Below are positions 12,075 to 26,900 of a stretch of 64,000 nt of DNA, piece by piece. This stretch comes from Azolla caroliniana. Lineage: Eukaryota > Plantae > Polypodiophyta. The notes below the pieces were generated by a model. The model did no database searches, was not told the origin of the DNA, and saw nothing but the letters and a program-made list of their open reading frames with translations. Location: NCBI GenBank assembly GCA_043228905.1, contig JBHGNT010000006.1:19840001-19904000 (forward strand), in the 5' to 3' direction. The translations under genes were made by a program, and so were the position numbers. Each line of letters begins with the position of its first letter. The first letter of the stretch is position 1.

Positions 12075-15000
12075 TTGCGGTCCTTGCAGCATCTGCAAGA
12101 GAGAAGGCCATATTCAACTTATATTAGCTCTAGAGTGATACAAGTAGGGAATCAAATTTTGGAATTACAAAAGGTTTCAACTGATTTTACTTATCATAAT
12201 ATACTTTCTGAATGGGCAGAGTGGGGAGAGAAAGTCAATAAACCGTTCTTTGCAATGCATAATCATCATAAGCCGATTGCTAGGATTTCTTGTTTAAAAT
12301 GTCATGATGGCTCTTATACCACTGATCCTAGTCAGATGCGTCAAAAACCTCGAATTATTATGAAAATTTGCTGAAAGCTAGATCCTTTTCTAGAGATGAT
12401 TTGTTTAAACGGGATATTGTATGGTCAAGGATTCCAAATAGAGTACCTATGCAACTTTTAGAATGTCTTTTGAAACCATTAAGCCCTCAAGAGACTCTGA
12501 AAGCGACAAAGACCCTAGCAAAGGATGTTTATCCTAGATTGGATGGGTTGGGGGTTCAATGGTATATAAAGTATTGGGATCTAATAGGCGAGGGACTGAT
12601 CAAAGCTTATCAACAAATTTTAGATTCTGGAAATATGTCACAATATTGGAATGCAGGGTTAATATATATGATTCCCAAATCAAGTGGTCAGTTAGAGGAA
12701 CTTCAAATTTGGAGGCCAATTACTTTGTTGAATGTTATCTATAAGATATTAGCAAAAACGATAGTTAGATGTCTACAACCTTATCTTTCTGAGTTAATTC
12801 ATGTTTCCCAATTGGTTTTATGCAAGAACGGAGTATTTTTGATAATATTATTCTTTTTTGGGAAATGGTTGCCTTCACTAAACTACATAAGCAAGATTTG
12901 GCAGTGTTATTTCTTGATTTTGAGAAAGCTTATGACAAAGTGGATTGGGATTTTATGGAGGGTACTTTGCGTTTTCCAAACAGATGGATTTGAGGAGTTT
13001 CAACATTATATCGTAATGCATACAACTCTCTTCTATTTGTAGGGGATGTTGGTAGGCGTTTCTCTATTTCAAGATATGTAAGATAGGGATGTCCACTTGC
13101 TCCTTTTCTGATTCTACTAGTTTCTAAAGCATTTTCTGTACATTTAAATTCTCATAATGTAAATATCAAAGGTTTAGCACTACCATTTGTTGGCGTGGAT
13201 AGTGAGTTTGCTGATGATACAACTCTCTATGTTCAAGCCTCACAAGTTAATTTGTTGTAGGTTCAAAAAGCTGTGGATGACTTCTGACATGCATCGGGTG
13301 CATTGATTAATTGGGATAAATCATCATGTTTTTGGGTGGCTGAGGGAGATCCGCCAATTAATGTATTTAGTTCAGGATTTACATGGATACATACAGGCCA
13401 TTCTATTAGGTATCTAGGATGTAGAGTGGGTTTGGGATTAAATGCAGAAGATATGGTAACGCCCTTGTTGTTAAGATTAAGAAATAAGTTAATATACTGG
13501 AATAAGGAAAAGGTGTCCTTAGCAGGACGTGTAGTTGTTGCAAAATTGGTGCTTTTGTCCTCGATTTGGTATATTGCATCTACATGGTTGTTTTCTAGGT
13601 CAGCAATGCTTAAAGCTCAACGTCTAGTACGAAATTTTATTTGGGGGAATGCTAGTTCACACACTCCTGTAGCAAAGGTCGTTTGGTCGGTTCTTATACA
13701 TTCTAAACAGAAAGGAGGTTTAGGTTTGATTGATCCCTTAATGCAAAGTAAGGCATTACTGGCTAAACATGTTGTTAGGAGTTTATTGCCCGAAGAGGAG
13801 TTATGGATTCTTCGTTTACATAAGTTTAAGCCATCGGCAGGTGGTCAATGGAGGGATAGTCTTAGATGGTTCTTTAATTCGGATTTTCCTTTACCTAAGT
13901 CGACTGTTGGGTCTTTAAGTTTCTTTAATGGAATTAATCATGCATGGGAAAGTATTCGTCAAGCACTTGTTTTCTTGCCACCAAAAACTTATTCTCAATT
14001 CATGCATCAACCATTGTTATGGAATCCTTTATTTACTGATGAAGCTGCATGTGTTTTGGGTTTATGGCCTAGGTTATCTTGGGTGGCATTGGATAGTGGC
14101 CTTGCCTGTACGGTTGTAGAGTGGCTAAATTTTTTGGAGGCTTTAACGTAGGACCAGAGGAATACGTTGTCTAATTTAAGAGGGGAAAATATTATGTTCT
14201 CTCAAGTGTCCACGGTATTTCAGGTAACAATGCCAACTATGCAATTCGATCATTTTCAGAATTGGTATGGTATGTTTTCGTCTCTTAATATACTTATAAG
14301 AGCTCGTTTATACCATCAAAATGGCAACCTTTATTTTTATGAAGTTTTGGATAATGGTAGGCTGTTTTTAGTGGAGGTGGAGGCTCCATTATGTTTTCTC
14401 CAATTAGTTACCAGTGTGAGTAATTGCTCGATTAGATAAAAAGACTTTATAGATCCTAATCCCTTAATTGCTAAATATTCATCTCATATTTGGGTTTTAT
14501 AATCTAGGCCAATTGCTGATTTGCATTGGAATCCGTCTGATTATGGTTGGAAGCTGTCCAGATCTGACACTTCGCAAACGAAGGTCTTCCCATTCTTCAC
14601 ATATTCTGTGGCGTTTGGAAGGAATTTTCTTTTAAAGTAGATTGAATCAGTACTTGCGGGGAAAAAATATTGGGTGGAAGGTAGTGTGTCATCCTCGCAT
14701 ATGTTGAAGTTCTGGAAACAATTTTCGTCACTTAAGTGTATGAATAAGGTATTACATTTTCGATGGTTGATGATTCATTATGCCTTGCCAGTAGGAGGTT
14801 TATTGAGGGGAATTATGCCTGATAGATCATGTGTTATGTGTGGGTTTGCAGTTGAGTCATTGCATCATGTTTTTTGGGAATGTCTTGCGGCCAAAAGTTT
14901 TTGGTTTTGAATTCTTAGGTTATTAGGTCGTAAGTATAGGTCAACAATTTTCATGTGGGGTGCAATATTAGAATTTGGTGAAAATGGCGAGAGGGTTATT

Positions 15001-16088
15001 GTGGAAATATTTTGAAGCAGATTTACTTATTTTAACTTTTAGAACGATGAATGAAGACGGGGACGGAGGCAGATACAAATTTTCATGACGGTCTAAGGAG
15101 TGTGTATATACAAGAAAGTGTTGAAAATGTAGAGGATTTTGATGGAAAATGGCGAGATGGTTGATGTGGATTTTTTTTTGAAGCAAACTTATTTATTTTT
15201 AGTTTTTAGAATGACGAGTGAAGATAGTGGCAGAGGCAGAAGCAAGGTTTCATGAGGGTTTGAGGAGAGTGGATTCATTTTGGTTTTTTTGTAGGTACAT
15301 GACTCGGGCAATGAATGGCAAGATGGTTGTAGTGGAAAATGAAGTTGATTTAATTTTGAAAGGATGAGTGAAGATGGTGGCGGAGGTAGAAGCAAGGTTT
15401 CATGAGAGTGGATTCATTCTAGTTTTTGTAGGTACAAGACCCGGACAATGAATGGCAAGATGTTTGTAGTAGAAAATGAAGTTGATTTAATTTTGAAAGG
15501 ATGAGTGAGGATGCTGTAGAGAGTTGAAGCAGAATTTCACGAGTGGATGAGGACAACTGATTCGTTTTGCTTGTTGTCTATACAAGATTTTGATGCAAAA
15601 TGGCGAGATAGTTGATGTGGAAGTTTTGTGAAGCAACCTTATTTACTTTCAATTTTCAGAACGATGAGTGAAGATAGTGGCGGAGGTAGAAGCAAGGTTT
15701 TATGAGTTCATCGATTGTGGAGTTCATGTTTACGAACCAAGTTTGGTAAGATGCGAGAAATTTCGAGGATTCATTCGAATTCTAGTGTAGAAGCTGAAGC
15801 AAGTGCAAAGACACTAAAAATGCAAGGAGATTCTGAAGGGACGTGAGATGCATGTTGAGATTGAAAGAAAGGGGCTGTTTGGATGAAACATTATTCTTGG
15901 ATGTCGAATATGAATAAGGTTGGCTAGAAAAAAATTTATTTATCTTTATCTAGAAAGATTGGCTACGGTCAGTTAACATGGCTACACAATATTCATTGTA
16001 ATGTTGGATTATCTTGTATCTTGCCTTTGGCCACTTTAATTTTAATACTAATGGAGGATAGTTTTTAATGTAAAAAAAAAAAAAAAAA
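12075..16088 (+). mobile_element. Decayed 5'-truncated L1/Tx1-type LINE (ORF2 reverse transcriptase, C-terminal zinc finger, poly(A) tail)
   Basis: WRPITLLNVIYKILAK, DFEKAYDKVDW, GCPLAP, FADDT, YLG and CVMC..ESLHHVFWEC motifs over several broken frames; poly(A) at about 16072-16088; no TSD found. Confidence 0.88.
14975..15710 (+). repeat. Degenerate 140-170-bp tandem array (about 5 units) interrupting the LINE 3' end
   Basis: GATGAGTGAAGATAGTGGCGGAGGTAGAAGCAAGGTTTCATGA-like core near 15045, 15212, 15363, 15500 and 15663. Confidence 0.75.
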
Positions 16089-16585
16089 CAAGTGCAAGAC
16101 ATGCAAGTTTATTATGAACATGGTCATATATAGAGAGAGCATTCTTATCTTATAAGGTTGTGCCATTGTGTTTTAAGCAATTAAGGGTAATGCACAATTA
16201 AAGAATGAGATGATAACACTTTTGGCAACCATGATGAGATGGTAAACTCGGTACATGAACTTGATGCATGTAGATTCATCATTGAGAATTAGGAGGATGG
16301 CTTGAAAGATCACAACTAAGGAGGCAATAAGAAGCACATGATATAGATAAATGGGAAAACATTGCATTCCTAGAAGACAATGCAATTGGGGATAAACCGA
16401 CAAGTCACTAACTTAGTCAAAGTGGTATATGAACATAACCTCGTACACATGTCTCGTATTTCAGTTGATCCTTGGATTTTGGTAAAGGAGTTGAAGACCC
16501 GATTGTGTAATGAACTAGGAAGAATTTTTGGAGAGTGCTCCAACTCTTCTTAAAATCACTAACGAGAATTTAGGGTTTGAAATAT

Positions 16586-16856
16586 TGTGAATATGGAGCC
16601 GGCCCCAGTTGGCTAACAAGTAGAAATGAATAAAAATAAAAAATAGAAATAGCAAAGACAGAGACACAGAGTTTTAATGTGGAAACCCTAAATGGGAAAA
16701 ACCACGTGAGCCCATAGTCTCCAAACAGAATCACTATATGAGGGTGTGTACAAGACTCGAAGCCACAACCTTGGTCTGATCTTCATCTCAATAGACGGAT
16801 ATACAGAGAGAGAGAGAGAGAGAGCAGGAAGTAGAAGAACACTCTAATAATAATGA

Positions 16857-16903
<47 letters not shown>

Positions 16904-16950
16904 CCCTAGCTTTATACGTACATACATACATACATACATACATACATACA

Positions 16951-16999
<49 letters not shown>

Positions 17000-19150
17000 G
17001 TATTTACAAATATAGCCATGCATCGGCTTCAACCGACTTGCCTCCAATTAGATTGATCAAATTGGCTCCTAGCTTAGTCGACTTCTGGCCGGATAAACTC
17101 TCCTCCCTTCAGGAGGGACCTATTTTCCACAACAAACTCCCCTTCACTCATGTATAGGAAAGTTGACCAAGCTAACCTTCAACCCGCACGCTTTCAGCTT
17201 GTCTATAGTCAATGCCTTCGTCAACATGTCCGATCCATTATCATCCGTATGGATAATTTCAAGAGCGAATTCCTTTTCCTCCACTCTCTCTCGTAGCCAA
17301 TGATATCTTCTTTGGATATGTTTGGTTTGAGAGTGGTAGGAAACATTCCTTGCGAGGTGGATGTCACTTTCGTTGTAGCGGTGTAGTAGAAATTGATCCT
17401 GCTTCATTCCCAACTCACTCATGAAATCTCTCATCCATATTACTTCCGTGCCGGCTTCTACAACAACCATGTACTCAGCAGCGTCTATGGTGAATAGAGC
17501 CACAACCTTTTGCGGCCTCGATCTCCAAGAGACGGCTCCCCATGCATAAGTCATCACATACCCCGATGTGGATCGACTGGTATCAACATCAACAAACATG
17601 TTAGAGTTTGTAAACCCTTCGAGCACAGGTTTACCCGAGCTGTATCTAAGGCATACACTCGAGGTGCCTTTCAGGTATCAGAGCACCCACTTCACTACAT
17701 CCCAATGCTCCTTTCCAAGATTTCTCATGTAACGGTTGACCATTCTGATAACATACGCAATGTCTGGCCTGGTACATACCATATAACATACATCAGGCTT
17801 TCGACGACTAAGGCATATGGAATCTTCCTCATCTTAGCTTTATCTCTTTCAGACTTTAGACACCGGCTTGACATTTTGCATATTGAATCTCTGAGCACCT
17901 TTGTCATGTATTTCTCTTTTGATAACCATAACATGTTCTTTGTCCGGTCCTGGACTATGTGCATTCCCAGGATTTGCTTTGTTGGACCTATATCTTTCAT
18001 TGCAAAGGACTTACTCAAAGCCCTCTTCAGACTCACAATTTCCTTCAAGTCCTACCCGACAATAAGCATATTATCAACATACAACAGGAAGATCAACAAA
18101 TCTCCTCCACCATACTTCTTCACAAAGACACAGTGGTCAACTTGTGTTTTGTGGAATTTATGTTCCATCATGAAGGATTCAAGCTTCTTGTACCATTGGC
18201 GGGGAGCTTGTTTTAACCCATATAAGCTCTTCCTTAGCCGGCATACAAGATTTTATTTTCCCTTCCCCTAAAATCGTTTAGGTTGTTGCATGTAGATCTC
18301 TTCCTCCAGATCTCCACATAGGAATGCAGTCTTGACATCCAACTGCTCTTTCTTAGCCGACATACAAGGTTTTCTTTTCCCTTCTCCTCAAATACTTTGG
18401 GTTGCTGCATGTAGATCTCTTCCTCCAAATCTCCTTTGCCGGGGAGCTTTTTTCAGCCCATATAAGCTCTTCTATAGCCGGCATACAATGTTTTCTTTTC
18501 CCTTCTCCTCATGACCAATCCTTTAGGTTGCTGCATGTAGATCTCTTCCTCCAGATCTCCATGCAGGAATGCAATCTTGACATCCAACTGCTCTATCTCC
18601 AAGTTCATTTTGGTCGCAATGCTCAGAGCATTCCTAATGGATGTCATCTTGACTACCGGGGCAAATATTTTGTCGAAATCCATATCCTTATTTTGTTGGA
18701 AACCCTTCACCACAATTCGGGCATTGTACCTGGGTGGATTTCTGCTTTCACCCGGTTTCAACTTTTATACCCACTTATTTCGAAGTGCCTTCTTTCCTTT
18801 TGGCAACTCAATCAATTCATATGTGTGGTTATCATGCAAGGATCCCATTTCATCTTGCATGGCATTGTACCACTCTTTGATGTGGGTATCTATCATGGCT
18901 TCCTCGAAGCTTTGCGGTCCCCCTTCTTCAGTCAGCAACACACTATCTTTGTCTACAAATCGACGAGGGGATCTCCTTTATCTTAGGGGGTACCTTCTTC
19001 CGTCAGTAGCCAATTCTAGTTTGACTGCATTAGTCGGCTCTTCATCTGAATCTAATTTGGCTTCATTGGTTGGCTGCCTTCTACTGGTCAGTTCTTCATG
19101 TGCATCACCCGATTGCATTTTGCCGGCCAGCTCCCAATGCTTTGGTGTCG
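16586..19150 (-). mobile_element. Decayed Ty1/Copia 3' half (element A): RT/RNase H remnants, PPT and 3' LTR (16586-17134)
   Basis: STSGYVMTY, TKHIQRRYHWLRE and FAPVVKMTSIR motifs; PPT next to LTR end CAACA; LTR shares GTGGAAACCC..GGGAAAAACCACG with elements E/F. Confidence 0.85.
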
Positions 19151-19309
19151 GTTGAGCTGAACGGCGTAGCCGAGTGGAAGAATGGGTCAATTGTGGGAGT
19201 AACAAGGGCAATGCTAGAGGAGAAGAGCATGCCCAAATTCTACTGGGTCGAAGCGGTTCGAACCGCGGTCTACATCCAAAACCGTATCGGGGAAAAGGTG
19301 TCAGCACAC

Positions 19310-20415
19310 TGTCGCGGTATTCTGCGGGTACGTGTAGGATCTTAGGTGGGACCGCGGGGGTCTTGGACTAGGGAGACGGATGGTGGAGTCCGTAAGCTTT
19401 GTAGGCTTTGGGCCGGAATTGGCTTCGGGATCCAACGAATGTAGGGTTTACAAGGAATATGGACCCGACTAAAATATGTTACAAGTTAGATAGATATACA
19501 CTAACATGAATATATATTACAAGAATATGTAGGGTTTAAAAAGACGGTTCACCGCGAATATGGACCCGACTCAAATATGTTACAAGGAAGATAGATATAC
19601 ACTAACATGAATATATATTACAAGAGTTTTACAACAAGACGGTTACATGCCCGAATCCGGTGGCTATTACAAACAATCGGCTAATACATCAGGATAAGAA
19701 TGGGGACTGGTGAAGGCGAGTCAAGTAGGCCGCCGGGACCGCGATGTCCATCATTGGTCACCCCCTGAAGACGATGGAGTGTTCCCGTGCCACTTCGCCC
19801 TCCCTTCTCAAACCGGACGCTATGCGAAACGCTCTCCCTCTAGGAGAGGAAACCGAACCTCCAAGTGCCGCCACGGGAATGCCGAAGAACCGCTATTGTA
19901 GAAACCCCAAACCAAAACACTAACTCGACCAAGAAGAAGGTAAACCCAAAACCCCAAGCTTATAAAACCTAGATCACATGAAGAAACCCGAAACCCTCAA
20001 TCCCCCATAATCTCTCACAAGATGAAGAACGAGACGAAGTACTAAACCTCCACTCAAGAAGAAGGAATCATACCCATAAGACAAAGAAGATGAAGACCAA
20101 AAGGAAACCCTAAAACGAAATAGAGTGAAAGACCAAAGTGGAAACCCTAAGAATAAGATGAAGAGGAAGAACACTACCAAACCCTAGACCTAAGTGGTAT
20201 ACCCTCCTAACTCAAAATGGGCAACCCCTCTACAAGGGACCATCCCTTCCTTTTATAGAACAAGGAGGGAGGAACGTTACAATGTGGGATCAATACCCCC
20301 CCCCCCCCCCCTTATTCTATACACCGTTTCCTACTATGCATGTGCACATGTTGCACACCACCGACTTGACCTATTCCACCCTGGTTTCACACTATAGCCG
20401 GAAATCTTCACGACA
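19310..20415 (-). mobile_element. Solo LTR of the Gypsy lineage inserted in the integrase of element B
   Basis: TGTCG...TCTTCACGACA termini (same end as the G1 LTR); 4-bp TSD ACAC (19306-19309, 20416-20419); removal restores VSAHELYF. Confidence 0.85.
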
Positions 20416-22995
20416 ACACGAGCTGTATTTCAGGCGGAAGCCGAACTTACGACACCTGAGGGTATTCGACAACATTGCGTATGTGCATGTGCCGGATGAG
20501 AAGTGAAGGAAGTTGGACCCGAAGTCGGAGAAGTGCATATTGGTCGGCTAATCACATGAACAAAAGGGGTATAAGTGTTATAACCCCTGGATTCCGACCA
20601 CTCGACAACTCCAATCATGGTACTCTTTAACGACTCTGACTCCGACCCCCGACAACTCCAACCACCCGTTCACGGAGGATGAGGCCAGTGAACTCGACAT
20701 GATTCGGGAAGAAGAGGAAGAAAAAGACTTCGGTACTCTGGAAGAGAGTATGATCTCATTCCGGTTGAGTGGGCCGAATGAGAGACTGAGTTGGATCGAC
20801 CAATCAGATGAAGAGTTGGCGAGTGGTGAGGACTCGGTCATGCACTCCTCGTGTAAAGAACCGAAGAGACGATACACGTGAAAGAAAAAGGGGAACAAGA
20901 AGATATATACAAGGTGAAGTATAATGTGGACGGTTTAGTTAACTGGTACATGGCCCGACTAGTGGCCAAGGGCTATGCATGGACCCACGGAATCGACTAC
21001 GATGAGACCTTCGCACCGGTAGCGAAGATGATGACGGTTCGTGTGGTGCTGGTTGTCGCAGCGGCAAGGGGGTGGCATCTCCACCAAATGGATGTGAAGA
21101 ACGCATTTCGTCAAATGATGTTGAAGAACAAGTGTATATGATCCAGCCCCCCGGATTTCAGTCGGAGATGAACATGTCGGCAATGTGCCAACTAAAGAAG
21201 TCGCTTTACGACCTAAAGCAAGCCCCACGTGCCTGGAATTCTAAGATCACGCACTGGTTGTCTAAGACGGGGTTTGTGGCCTCCAAGTCTGACTCACCAC
21301 TGTTCATTCAGAAGGGTCCGAAAGGTCCAGTATGCATCCTGCTATGTCGACGACTTGGTCGTCATTGGACCCGACCTCGCTGAAATCGGCCAAGTGAAGT
21401 CCCAATTGTCGGGAGCATTTGAGATGAAGGACCTAGGGACCTTCACTACTTCCTCGGGATCGAAGTGATCCATACCCCTGATGACATATTGTTGTCTCAA
21501 CGACACACTGTGTTGAATATGTTGTTCAAGTTTGGCATGACTGATTACCGACCGGTCTCAACACCCCTTGACCGGAATTTGAAGCTACGTCTTGACTCCG
21601 GAAACGGCTTGCAACGAGAAACAATTCTGACAAATTTTTGGAACCCTCATATACCTGACTATCACCCGCCTCGACATTAGCTATCCAGTCAGAGTGATCA
21701 ACCAATTTATGAGAAGCCGACCATCGAGCACCTTTAGTGCGCGCATCGACTATTACGATATGTGAGCGGCACTAAGGATTGGGGACTATTGTACCGACAC
21801 GGTGTAACCAAATGGTTAGTCAGTAATACTGATGTCGACTAAGCCGGTGATGCATCGGATCATCTGTCAACATCCGGATTCATGTTTTCTCTCGAGAGCA
21901 TGGATGTTGCATGGAGCCAAGAAGCAACCAACAGTGGCTCTATCAAGCACTGAGGCTGAGTACTAAGGAGCCAAGAAGCAATATGACTTCGGTGGCAACT
22001 GTAAGACCTTTAGATCAAAGTATTGACTCTGATCCCGATCTACTGCGACAATATCAATAGCATGCAACTGGCCAAGTACCCCGTGTTCCATGCTCGCACA
22101 AAGCACATCGTAGTGCATTATCACTTCGTGCACGAGAATATCCTGAGTGGTGAAGTCGAATTCCAATATGTTTGAACCGATCGGCAAGTTGTCGAGATCT
22201 ACACCAAGCCACTCGGATCAGACAAGTTGTAGCACTTTTCGGAAATGCTTTCAACGTGCCGCACTTGAGGAGGAGAACCGGAACAGGAACCGGTAGAACA
22301 GGTAAAAGCACAACCGAAGAAAAGGAGAACGAAACCGAAACAAGGGGAGACAAGGAGAAAAAGGGAGTTGAGTCGACCGAAGAAGTCGGCACATCCAATG
22401 AAGTCGAAACAAGTGGAGGAGCCGACCAGAAGATGAAGGCTAAGACCTGAACATGGTCTCATGTTGTGAAGGGCCTTAAGGTTGAAGATGAATTGGAGAC
22501 AACCAATTCGGACAAGAGCTAGAACGAATCGGAGGCAATCTATTCAGTTGAACAGTTCGATTCAGAGGAGCTGAATCACTTAAAGGCCAAAGGGAAGAGA
22601 AGGCAGTGAAAATCGACGCCGACACGGAGGAGCCGACAGGTTAAGAAGCGCCGAAGTCACAACAGCGAAGGAGTTGAGATGGGTATGATGAGCAGACAAG
22701 CCGATCGAGAAGGTTGAGGTGCGCGGAACCAGATGGGTCGTGGAAAGCGGGACCGAACAGGTCGAGGTATGTGAGCAAGGCGTGAAGACGCCAAGAGAAG
22801 CCAGAGGCAAGGACCTGCAACGACAAACACCACGATCCGACCTCAAGTTCAACTTGAGGGGGAGTGTTGAGCAAAAAAGTTCAACATGATCCGGATTGGT
22901 TGAATAAACCAGAGCCGGATTGTAATCCGGAAAGAAGAACCGTATTAGTGTCCGGATCGGTATTCGTGACGAAGAGCTAGAGCGACATCTGGAAC

Positions 22996-23171
22996 TGTTG
23001 AGAATCAAACTCAACTTCCCATAGAGACAGTGTTCATACTAACTAGTGGACATCATACTAGGCTAGAATTGTAATTAGTAGAAAGGGCACTTGCCCTAGA
23101 TCAATTGGTATTTAAACCAACCTTTTGTAACTTAGTTATTGTTGGATGTAATATACAGTTTCTTGGTTTAG

Positions 23172-23214
<43 letters not shown>

Positions 23215-23276
23215 CTCACGTGCACATACACACACAGAGTCCTTCCTTTGCACAGAATTACTCTCTATTCTTTACA
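22996..23276 (+). mobile_element. Solo LTR (family of element D) inserted in the LTR of element B
   Basis: Highly similar to 23941-24227; TG..CA ends; TSD GGAAC/AGAAC (1 mismatch). Confidence 0.85.
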
Positions 23277-23940
23277 AGAACCAAGAGCCGGATCAGTATG
23301 TAACTAGTAGGCCGTTAGAGGCCTACGGTCCTAGCCTATTAGATAGGCTTATTTTTGGGAGTTTGTGTCATGGCTCAATATGAGCATTGAAGTACTTGTC
23401 AGTACTTCTGTTGGTCCTTTTAAGGACTCGTATAAAAGTGCTCACAGAGCACATTGTATGTACTGAGTGTTTACAAGTTATTTTTTAATAGAGTTTTTTT
23501 GTGTTATGCTCTCTTGGTTTCTCTTGCGTACTCTCTGTGTATTTCCAAGCTTTCCATTAAACCTTCATATATTCTCTGCTATTATCCAACTGAGCTGGTT
23601 GTGTCTATACGCTTCCACACGCTATTCTTCACACTGAGAAATATGCATTTTGTTGCATGGGATGCCAACTTGGTCCTCTTCTCCCTAGGGATGAATGCAT
23701 AGGCTTTGCATCTGAATATGTGGATCCTATCGTAGGTCGGTTGTTTGCATGACCATAATGCATGTGGCACTTCCAACTGCATTTCCCTCGACAGTGATAG
23801 ATTTATCAAATAGATTGTCGTCTGCAATGCCTCAACCCAAAATTCTAGGTTTAGTTCGGAGTGTTAGAGCATTGCTGTCACCCTCTCATGGATCGTTCGG
23901 TTGATCCATTCTGCTACTCCATTTTGCATGGGTGTGTATG

Positions 23941-26900
23941 TGTTGAGAACCGAACTCAACTTCCCATAGAGATATTGTTCACACTAGCTAGTGGACATCA
24001 TACTAGGCTAGTTTTGTAATTAGTAGAAAGGGCACTTGCCCTAGACTAGTTGGTATTTAAACCAACTCCTTGTAACTTAGTTATTGTTGAATGCAATTTA
24101 TCTTTTTGCTAATATAGCTTCTTGGTCTAAGCTCTCTCTCTCCCTCTCTTTGTTTGCCTTACGTGCACTCACACACACAGAGCTCGCTTCCGTTGCATAG
24201 CACCACCTACATCTCTCACTCTTTACATGGTATCAGAGCGTGTGGTTTTCTGATCGAGATTATTCAAATGATTTGCGCTGCACATCGACGATCAACAGAA
24301 TCGGTTCAAGTAACAGAGAAGAAATCGACACCGTGAACACTCATATGGGAAGCGTCGTTCCTATAGAGAAGCTCGATAGAAAAAACTTCGCATCTTGGGA
24401 ATACAAGATGCATCAATACCTTGTCAGACAAGGTTATTGGAGCTATATAGAGGGATCTCACGAAACACAACCCAACCCAACACACATCAACTACCTGCCT
24501 GGGAGCAGGCCGCAAGCCGTGTGCTAGATTCGATTACCTTGCATCATGTGTCCATGATCACATGCTCGGCTATATTCGAGAGGCGAAAACATCGAAAGAA
24601 GCTTGGGGCAATCTCAAGAAGATTTTTGTGGCCAATACGGTTGCACGAAAGCTCCAACTCCGACAGGAGTTGAATAACATGCAACAGAGGGAATGACAAT
24701 CATCAGTTATACCTTGAAGATCAAGGAGTTGTGTGATGCCCTCGGGTCAATAAATGTCATCGTCGATGATGAAGAAATGGTGAAAATATGCTTCGGCAGA
24801 TTGGCATCTCGATTCGGCATGATCAAATCTGCCATTCTCGCAAGGCAGAACCCACCTTCCTTTTTCGACCTTCAATCTATACTACTCGTGGAGGAAAATC
24901 ACGCTCGACAAAGGAGCGACACACCAAATGGTCAGATGCTCTACTCCCAGTCGGGTGATAGAAGAGTATTCGATTGAGGAAATAGAGGTAAATTCGGCCG
25001 AGGGCGACCAGAGTCAATCGACCCGAGAACGCAACTCCCACCAATGGCAAGACGATAGGAACAATCCTAGGGAGTGTTGTTCGGTCGACAATTACTACTT
25101 GCCAACACAGTATAAGACGAACGTTCGTCCCGAACGTTCTATCAAGAAGTTGTGGTTAGCCGAATAGATACTAATTATCTGTAAACTTATCGGTGATAAA
25201 AGACATAGAGATCGTGACTTATGTAATATAGTTTAGACAGAAAGAAATAGATGGCAAAAAGTAATCCGTACACAGAGATTTCCTAATCAAACTTTATATT
25301 ACTAAATACAATGATAAATTTTAACAACGCCTTTGGTTTCCTTTTATAGGCAACCCGAAGGTCTTTTCTCATCAAGAAATCCTACTGCCTATAATTATCA
25401 AGAATTACAAAACTTCGTAACTAACTATGTCCTATTCGGCTATTTGCTGAGTCATCGATCCGAACTGTCGATCCAACTCCGAACATCCTTCCGACTCCGA
25501 CGTATCTATACTTGTCCGGGTAAGAGGGAGTTCGGCAAAAGGGGGAGGCATCCTGCCGGACTGAGCCATCACATCAACTTGATCGAATGCGGATATTGTG
25601 GGAAACTCAGCCACTACGAAGTGGAGTGCTGAAAGAAGCAATGAGAGTCGGCGTCGATTAGTCGACAACTCACGAACTATGCCACGAATTCCGACTATGA
25701 AGACCATGGCGGGATGTTCGTAATGAGGCATAAAGAACATTCGATGTTAGCACAGGGCCTGACAAGCACCTCCTCCTTAGATGATGTATGGTTTGTAGAC
25801 TCAGGAGCATCCAATCACATGACATCTCATGAAGATTGGTTCCGAGAGTTGAGAAAGCCCAATTGATCCGTCTATGTAGAAAATGAAGACGACACAACTC
25901 ATTCGACTCGGCATATCGGAAATGTCCCATTCGGGAACGAGGACAAACAAACTTACCTAAAGAACGTACTGCATGTCCCAACCATCACAAAAAATTTGGT
26001 CTCAGTAGGCCAAATTGTCGAACAAGGCATGCAAGTATGATTCAATAATGAAGGGTGCTTTATTGAGAAAGAAGGCCGATTAGTCGCTCACGATTGAAGA
26101 GAAGGCCAAATGTTCATCCTCGAATCGAACAAGATGAAGTCGGCCATGTTCATGAAAGGCCTCAAACTCGAACTGGCTTGAAACTATGGCACAAGCAAAT
26201 TGGTGACATCAATCTCCAAAAGCTTAAAGGAATGGAGTCGTAATTGGACTCCCGACATTTACCGAAAAGGAGATAGTTGGTGCATGTGAAGCCTGCCAAT
26301 TCGGCAAACAACACCGACAACCATTCCCGAAAGAGAGGAATGTGGGCAAAGGGATCCTGGATGTAGTACATTAAGATGTGTGGGAACCATCCCAAATGAC
26401 AACATTCGGTGGTTGCCGATATTATGTCACGTTCATCGATGACTTCTCGAGGCATGTTCTGATCTATCCTATTCGGCAAAAGAGTGATGTGTTTGGACAC
26501 TTCCAAAGGTTTAAAAACGAAGTCAAAAAAGCTACAAATCGGCATGTTCGGTGCCTTCGATCAGATGGAGGCAAGGAGTATTTCTCGGACGATTTTACAA
26601 CATATCTTTGAAAGGAAGGAATTCGCCAAGAATTCTCATGCCAACACACACCTCACCAAAACAAAGTAGCTGAATGAAAGAATCGGCACATAGTAGAAGT
26701 GGCAAGGGCCATGATGAACGAGAAAAACCTGCCGAAATCGTACTAGGCAGAAGCGACTCGGAATCGGCCGAACATGAGATAGAAGACGAAGATCAACTGA
26801 GGCGCATATTCAAATAAACTCTGATTACAACAAGGCTGAGTGGACCACACGAGCCCCCGAGTGACCAAAGCATATCTCGGCCGAGTCCAAAGCTAGATAA

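Larger units (their letters stand above)
19151..23590 (+). mobile_element. Decayed Ty1/Copia 3' part (element B, relative of C): integrase end, RT, RNase H, C-terminal extension, truncated 3' LTR from 22865
   Basis: PKFYWVEAVRTAVYIQNR and GIDYDETFAPVAKM motifs; PPT TTGAGGGGGAG before TGTTGAG at 22865; LTR similar to 30143-30529. Confidence 0.82.

Noticed and set aside
12000-16110. TSD for the LINE
   Set aside because: Only a short AAAACAAGT match; not convincing.
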